Positions 60,649 through 64,000 of a DNA stretch of 64,000 bases are shown piece after piece. The first letter of the stretch is position 1, and each line of letters begins with the position of its first letter. The stretch is taken from NCBI GenBank assembly GCA_964490075.1, contig CAZBBK010000025.1:1-64000 (forward strand), given 5' to 3'. The notes below the pieces were generated by a model. The model did no database searches and was not told the origin of the DNA. It worked only from the letters and a program-made list of their open reading frames with translations. Source of the stretch: an uncultured Gemmatimonadota bacterium. GTDB taxonomy: Bacteria; GCA-2686955. Position numbers and translations under genes: made by a program.

Positions 60649-62043
60649 ATGGGATCGATCGCGCTCGCATTCTCGACTCTGCTCGTTCTGGGGCAGGTCA
60701 CGCCGCAGGCACCGGAGACGGAGCAGCAACCCCTCGGGGGCGGGATCGTGCTGATCGTGATCGACACTCTCAATCCCGCCCGCCTGGGCTGCTACGGGGG
60801 ACCGGCGGCCACGCCGACGATCGACTCCCTGGCGGCCAGCGGCTATCTCTACGAGGACGTGTGGTCGGAAGCGACCGTCACCGCGCCGGCGATGGCCTCG
60901 ATCCTCACCTCGCGCCACCTGGTCGGACACGGCGTGCTGCGCAACGGCGACTTCATCGACTCGGAAGTCGCCCGACTGCCGCAGGAGCTGCGCCGCAAGG
61001 GTTACCGAACCGGAGCCTTCGTCTCCAACGGGGAGCTCGATTCCGGCTTCGGCTTCTTCCGCGGCTTCGATCTCTACGACGATCAGCTCAACCGGGTCGA
61101 GCGCAACCGTCCCAACATCTTCGAGCGGCTGGCGCCGGACACGGTGGAGCGCGCCCTCGACTGGCTGGGGCTGGTGCGCCACGAGTTCTTCTTCGTGCTG
61201 CTGCACCTGAACGACCCCCACGGACCCTACGACCCGGTTGCCGGGCTGCCGGCCAAGAGGAGCACCGGCAAGAGCCTGAAGATCTCCCGCGACAACTTCC
61301 CGCGCGGGGCGATTCCGGCCTACCAGGCGCTGCCCGGGCGGCGCGCCAGTGGCGACTACCTGGCCGCCTACGATGCCGAGATCGAGCAGGCCGACCGGGC
61401 GCTCGACAACTTCTTCGCGGGTCTGCGCGCGTTGGGCGTGGCGGAGCGGACCGTGACGGTGCTGACCGCCGACCACGGCGAATCGCTCGGCGCCCAGGGC
61501 CTCTACTTCCAACACGGCTCGGGCCTGGGCGAGGAGCAGCTGCGGGTGCCCCTGATCTTCACCGGACCGGCCCTGCGCCAGGGCCGCAGCGCGCGCGCCG
61601 TCTCGACCCTCGACGTGATGCCGACCCTGCTGGCGGCGGCTGGGATTCGGCTGCCGGGTCTGGCCGGCGTGAGCCTGCTGCGCGACCTGACCGGGCGCGC
61701 CGGGGTCACCGTCGAGTCGCGCATGCGCCATGCCACTCTGTCGGCTCCGCTGCGGCCGCGCATCGACGGCCAGTGGACCCTGATCCGCGCGGTGTCGAAG
61801 GATGGCTGGAAGCTGATCCGCGACCGCCGCCGCCACCGCGTGCAGCTCTTCGATCTGAGCTCCGATCCGCACGAGGAGCACAACCTGGCACGGCGCCGCA
61901 AGCACCGGGACAAGCTCGAGGAGCTGGACGCCCTGATCCAGGAGTGGGAGGTGCGCCACCCGATCCCGGAGAAGTGGAAGCACAGCTGGCTGCCGCCCAC
62001 GCGCGAATGGGCGCGCCTGCGTGCGCTGGGCTACATGGATTGA
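60649..62043 (+). CDS. Sulfatase-like alkaline-phosphatase-superfamily hydrolase
   Basis: IVIDTL, TPTID, DPHGPY, TADHGE and VPLI; C-terminal LRALGY. Confidence 0.85.
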   Translation: MGSIALAFSTLLVLGQVTPQAPETEQQPLGGGIVLIVIDTLNPARLGCYGGPAATPTIDSLAASGYLYEDVWSEATVTAPAMASILTSRHLVGHGVLRNGDFIDSEVARLPQELRRKGYRTGAFVSNGELDSGFGFFRGFDLYDDQLNRVERNRPNIFERLAPDTVERALDWLGLVRHEFFFVLLHLNDPHGPYDPVAGLPAKRSTGKSLKISRDNFPRGAIPAYQALPGRRASGDYLAAYDAEIEQADRALDNFFAGLRALGVAERTVTVLTADHGESLGAQGLYFQHGSGLGEEQLRVPLIFTGPALRQGRSARAVSTLDVMPTLLAAAGIRLPGLAGVSLLRDLTGRAGVTVESRMRHATLSAPLRPRIDGQWTLIRAVSKDGWKLIRDRRRHRVQLFDLSSDPHEEHNLARRRKHRDKLEELDALIQEWEVRHPIPEKWKHSWLPPTREWARLRALGYMD

Positions 62044-62050
62044 GGAGCGC

Positions 62051-62416
62051 ATGCTGAAGGTCGTCTTGCTGCTGGCGCTCTGCGCCATCGCGGCGCTGCA
62101 GCTCAGGCTGCGCTACCGGTCGCCGGCCACGCTGCGAGCGATCGCGGCGGCGCTTCGAGGCGGTGCGCCGCTGGTCGACGTGCGCACCCCGGCCGAGTTC
62201 GCGGGCGGGCATCCGCCGGGGGCGATCAACATCCCCCTGGCCGAGCTCCAGAGCCGCGTCGGCAAGCTGCGCAAGCAGAAGAGCAAGACCCTCGTGCTCT
62301 GCTGCGCCAGTGGAGCCCGAAGCCGGGCCGCGGCACGCCTCCTGCACGCCGCGGGAATCGACCAGGTGCTGGACCTGGGGCCGGGATCGAACCACCGGCG
62401 GCTGCCCGCGGAGTAG
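62051..62416 (+). CDS. Membrane-anchored rhodanese-domain protein
   Basis: VDVRTPAEFAGGH..GAINIP and CASGARS. Confidence 0.88.
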   Translation: MLKVVLLLALCAIAALQLRLRYRSPATLRAIAAALRGGAPLVDVRTPAEFAGGHPPGAINIPLAELQSRVGKLRKQKSKTLVLCCASGARSRAAARLLHAAGIDQVLDLGPGSNHRRLPAE

Positions 62417-63778
62417 TCACTCCACCCACAAGAGCACGGGGTTCGTCAGCTCCGCGTTCGGCTCTCCGAGGGCCCCTACCAGTCCCTGCGAGCAGTATTC
62501 CTCACCGGGGTTCCAGGTTGGCGGCACAGTGAGCTGAAGACGGAGAATCCCGTCCGCGGGGAGCGGTCCGAGCTCACGTTCGTGGGCCGCGGGAAGAGGC
62601 AAATATAGATCGCCGTACGGCGTCGGGCGGGGCGGGTCTTGGATGTTCGGATCCAGGCCCAGGGTCAGCTCTTCGGTGCCCGGCGCTCCGACGACCCTGA
62701 CCTCGAGAGCCGCACCGGGAGCGACTGCTCCCAGGTGATAGAGATGGGTGTAGAACTCGTCGGCACCAATGTCGGCTACATTCTGCGCGATGCGCGGATC
62801 TCCTTCCCGGTCGCTTTCGGGCAGGGCTGGAACCGCGTTGGTGCCGGCGTTGCGGCAGGGAGAATCGTAGGTCAGATGGAAGTCGTCGGTGCCCGCGAAA
62901 AGGGGATCGGCGTCGATCATCCCCGGTCCCCAGTCGAGCTCGCACTCGGCGTCGAGAAAAACCCCGTCTCTTCCGGCGTCGACATCGCAATGGCTGATCG
63001 TCATCGAGGAATGATAGAGATGACTTCCGATCCAGATCTGTGGTCCTTCCGATGCCTGGTTGCGCCAGAAGAGAGAGTTGACCGCCGTCGGGTCGGAGAA
63101 GAAACAGTGGAGACCGCCGCCGCGTTCGATGGCCGTGTTTCGCGCGACAACGGTGTTGACGATGTTGACGTCGCAGTGCTCGCTCAGGTAGATCCCCCCA
63201 CCGTCGTTGTCGGCCCGATTGCCGGCGACGATGCAGTTGACGATTTCTGGGAAGCTCCAATAGAAGCAGTAGATTCCCCCTCCGTAGCTCTTCGCACTGT
63301 TGTTTGCGACGATATTGTCGATGAGCAGCGGCGCCGCACCGTCGCAGTGGATCCCGCCACCGAAGCCCATGTACGGGCCGGCGCTGTTTTCGACGATGAT
63401 GTTGTTCCGAATGGTCGGACTGCTCTGCATGCAGAGCAGTCCAGCGCCATCCATGCTGCGCCCTCCAGTGATCGTGAAGCCCTCGAGAACCGTGCTGCGA
63501 CTCTCGGTGCCGGTGAACATCGCGACCGGCCCGGCTCGATCGCCGTCGATCGTCGTCACCGAGGGACCCTTGGCGCTGCGCACGGTGATCCGCTTGCCCA
63601 AGAGATCGATGCTCTCCACGTAGGTTCCCGGGCGTACGATGACCTGGTCGCCGACGTTCGAAGCGGCGATCGCATCCTGAATCGTCGGGTGGTCGTCGGG
63701 CACGAGGATCTCCGCGCCGAGTGCCGCGCTCACGGCGACCGGGGCGAGGGGGATTCGCAGAAATCGACGATGGAGCAT
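62417..63778 (-). CDS. Secreted right-handed parallel beta-helix protein
   Basis: VPDDHPTIQDAI, repeated N.A..GGGI.C units, and DIGADE. Confidence 0.85.
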   Translation of the reverse strand: MLHRRFLRIPLAPVAVSAALGAEILVPDDHPTIQDAIAASNVGDQVIVRPGTYVESIDLLGKRITVRSAKGPSVTTIDGDRAGPVAMFTGTESRSTVLEGFTITGGRSMDGAGLLCMQSSPTIRNNIIVENSAGPYMGFGGGIHCDGAAPLLIDNIVANNSAKSYGGGIYCFYWSFPEIVNCIVAGNRADNDGGGIYLSEHCDVNIVNTVVARNTAIERGGGLHCFFSDPTAVNSLFWRNQASEGPQIWIGSHLYHSSMTISHCDVDAGRDGVFLDAECELDWGPGMIDADPLFAGTDDFHLTYDSPCRNAGTNAVPALPESDREGDPRIAQNVADIGADEFYTHLYHLGAVAPGAALEVRVVGAPGTEELTLGLDPNIQDPPRPTPYGDLYLPLPAAHERELGPLPADGILRLQLTVPPTWNPGEEYCSQGLVGALGEPNAELTNPVLLWVE

Positions 63779-63903
63779 GGTGCGCCCCCGGATCGGAGCT
63801 GGATCGTGAACGGTGACCTACACCGCAGTGTTACCTCTTCTCTGTCGGTGGGCAATGCTCGAGTCGGCAGCCGGCCCGGGCCCGATCACGCGCGTTGCGT
63901 TTT

Positions 63904-63919
63904 TATAACAACCGTTATA
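63904..63919. promoter_or_regulatory. Palindromic operator-like site
   Basis: TATAAC-AACC-GTTATA in an AT-rich divergent promoter region, 30 bp upstream of ATG 63949. Confidence 0.5.
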
Positions 63920-63948
63920 CACTGCCCGGAAACACCACGGAGGTTCTC

Positions 63949-64000
63949 ATGCGTGACGTTGACACCATCGTGATCGGTTCCGGGGCCGGCGGCCTCGCCT
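63949..64000 (+). CDS. FAD/NAD(P)-binding oxidoreductase, 3'-partial
   Basis: GGAGG RBS, then MRDVDTIVIGSGAGGLA (GxGxxG). Runs off the window end. Confidence 0.7.
   Translation, partial: MRDVDTIVIGSGAGGLA

Overview
High-GC bacterial chromosomal window from a diderm organism. An FlgD-Ig/CTD-type secreted protein suggests an FCB-superphylum lineage, but this is inference only. Bases 1-3066 hold the 3' part of a SNF2 helicase gene. About 3.7-20.4 kb is a decaying chromosomal integron/defence island. It contains an internally deleted integron integrase, Mrr and SRA-like-HNH type IV nucleases, and an attC site split by an RT-less group IIC-attC intron. It also holds a ~9 kb type I R-M operon: hsdM with an amber stop, hsdS, a HEPN-like DUF3644 gene, a Schlafen/AlbA_2 gene, and hsdR. 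IS3/IS66/IS21-like debris, an FG-GAP protein gene, a second intron-invaded attC and a truncated ABC ATPase mark the right part and border. The best candidate for a new system is the HsdR. It carries a complete LexA/S24-like autopeptidase module (Ala-Gly site, Ser, Lys) between its nuclease domain and the Walker A motif, which suggests RecA*-triggered self-cleavage of the restriction subunit. The rest is mostly core and envelope genes: Eis-like GNAT, accA, dnaE with a 304-aa intein, M23 peptidase, PpiD-like PPIase, ABC exporters, a surface polysaccharide cluster with a low-GC methyltransferase, ugd, alr, vapBC, pyrF, a sulfatase-like gene and rhodanese. A 51-bp palindromic tandem repeat family occurs at ~3.1-3.5 kb and ~50.4-50.6 kb. 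All calls come from reading motifs by eye; no database searches were run.
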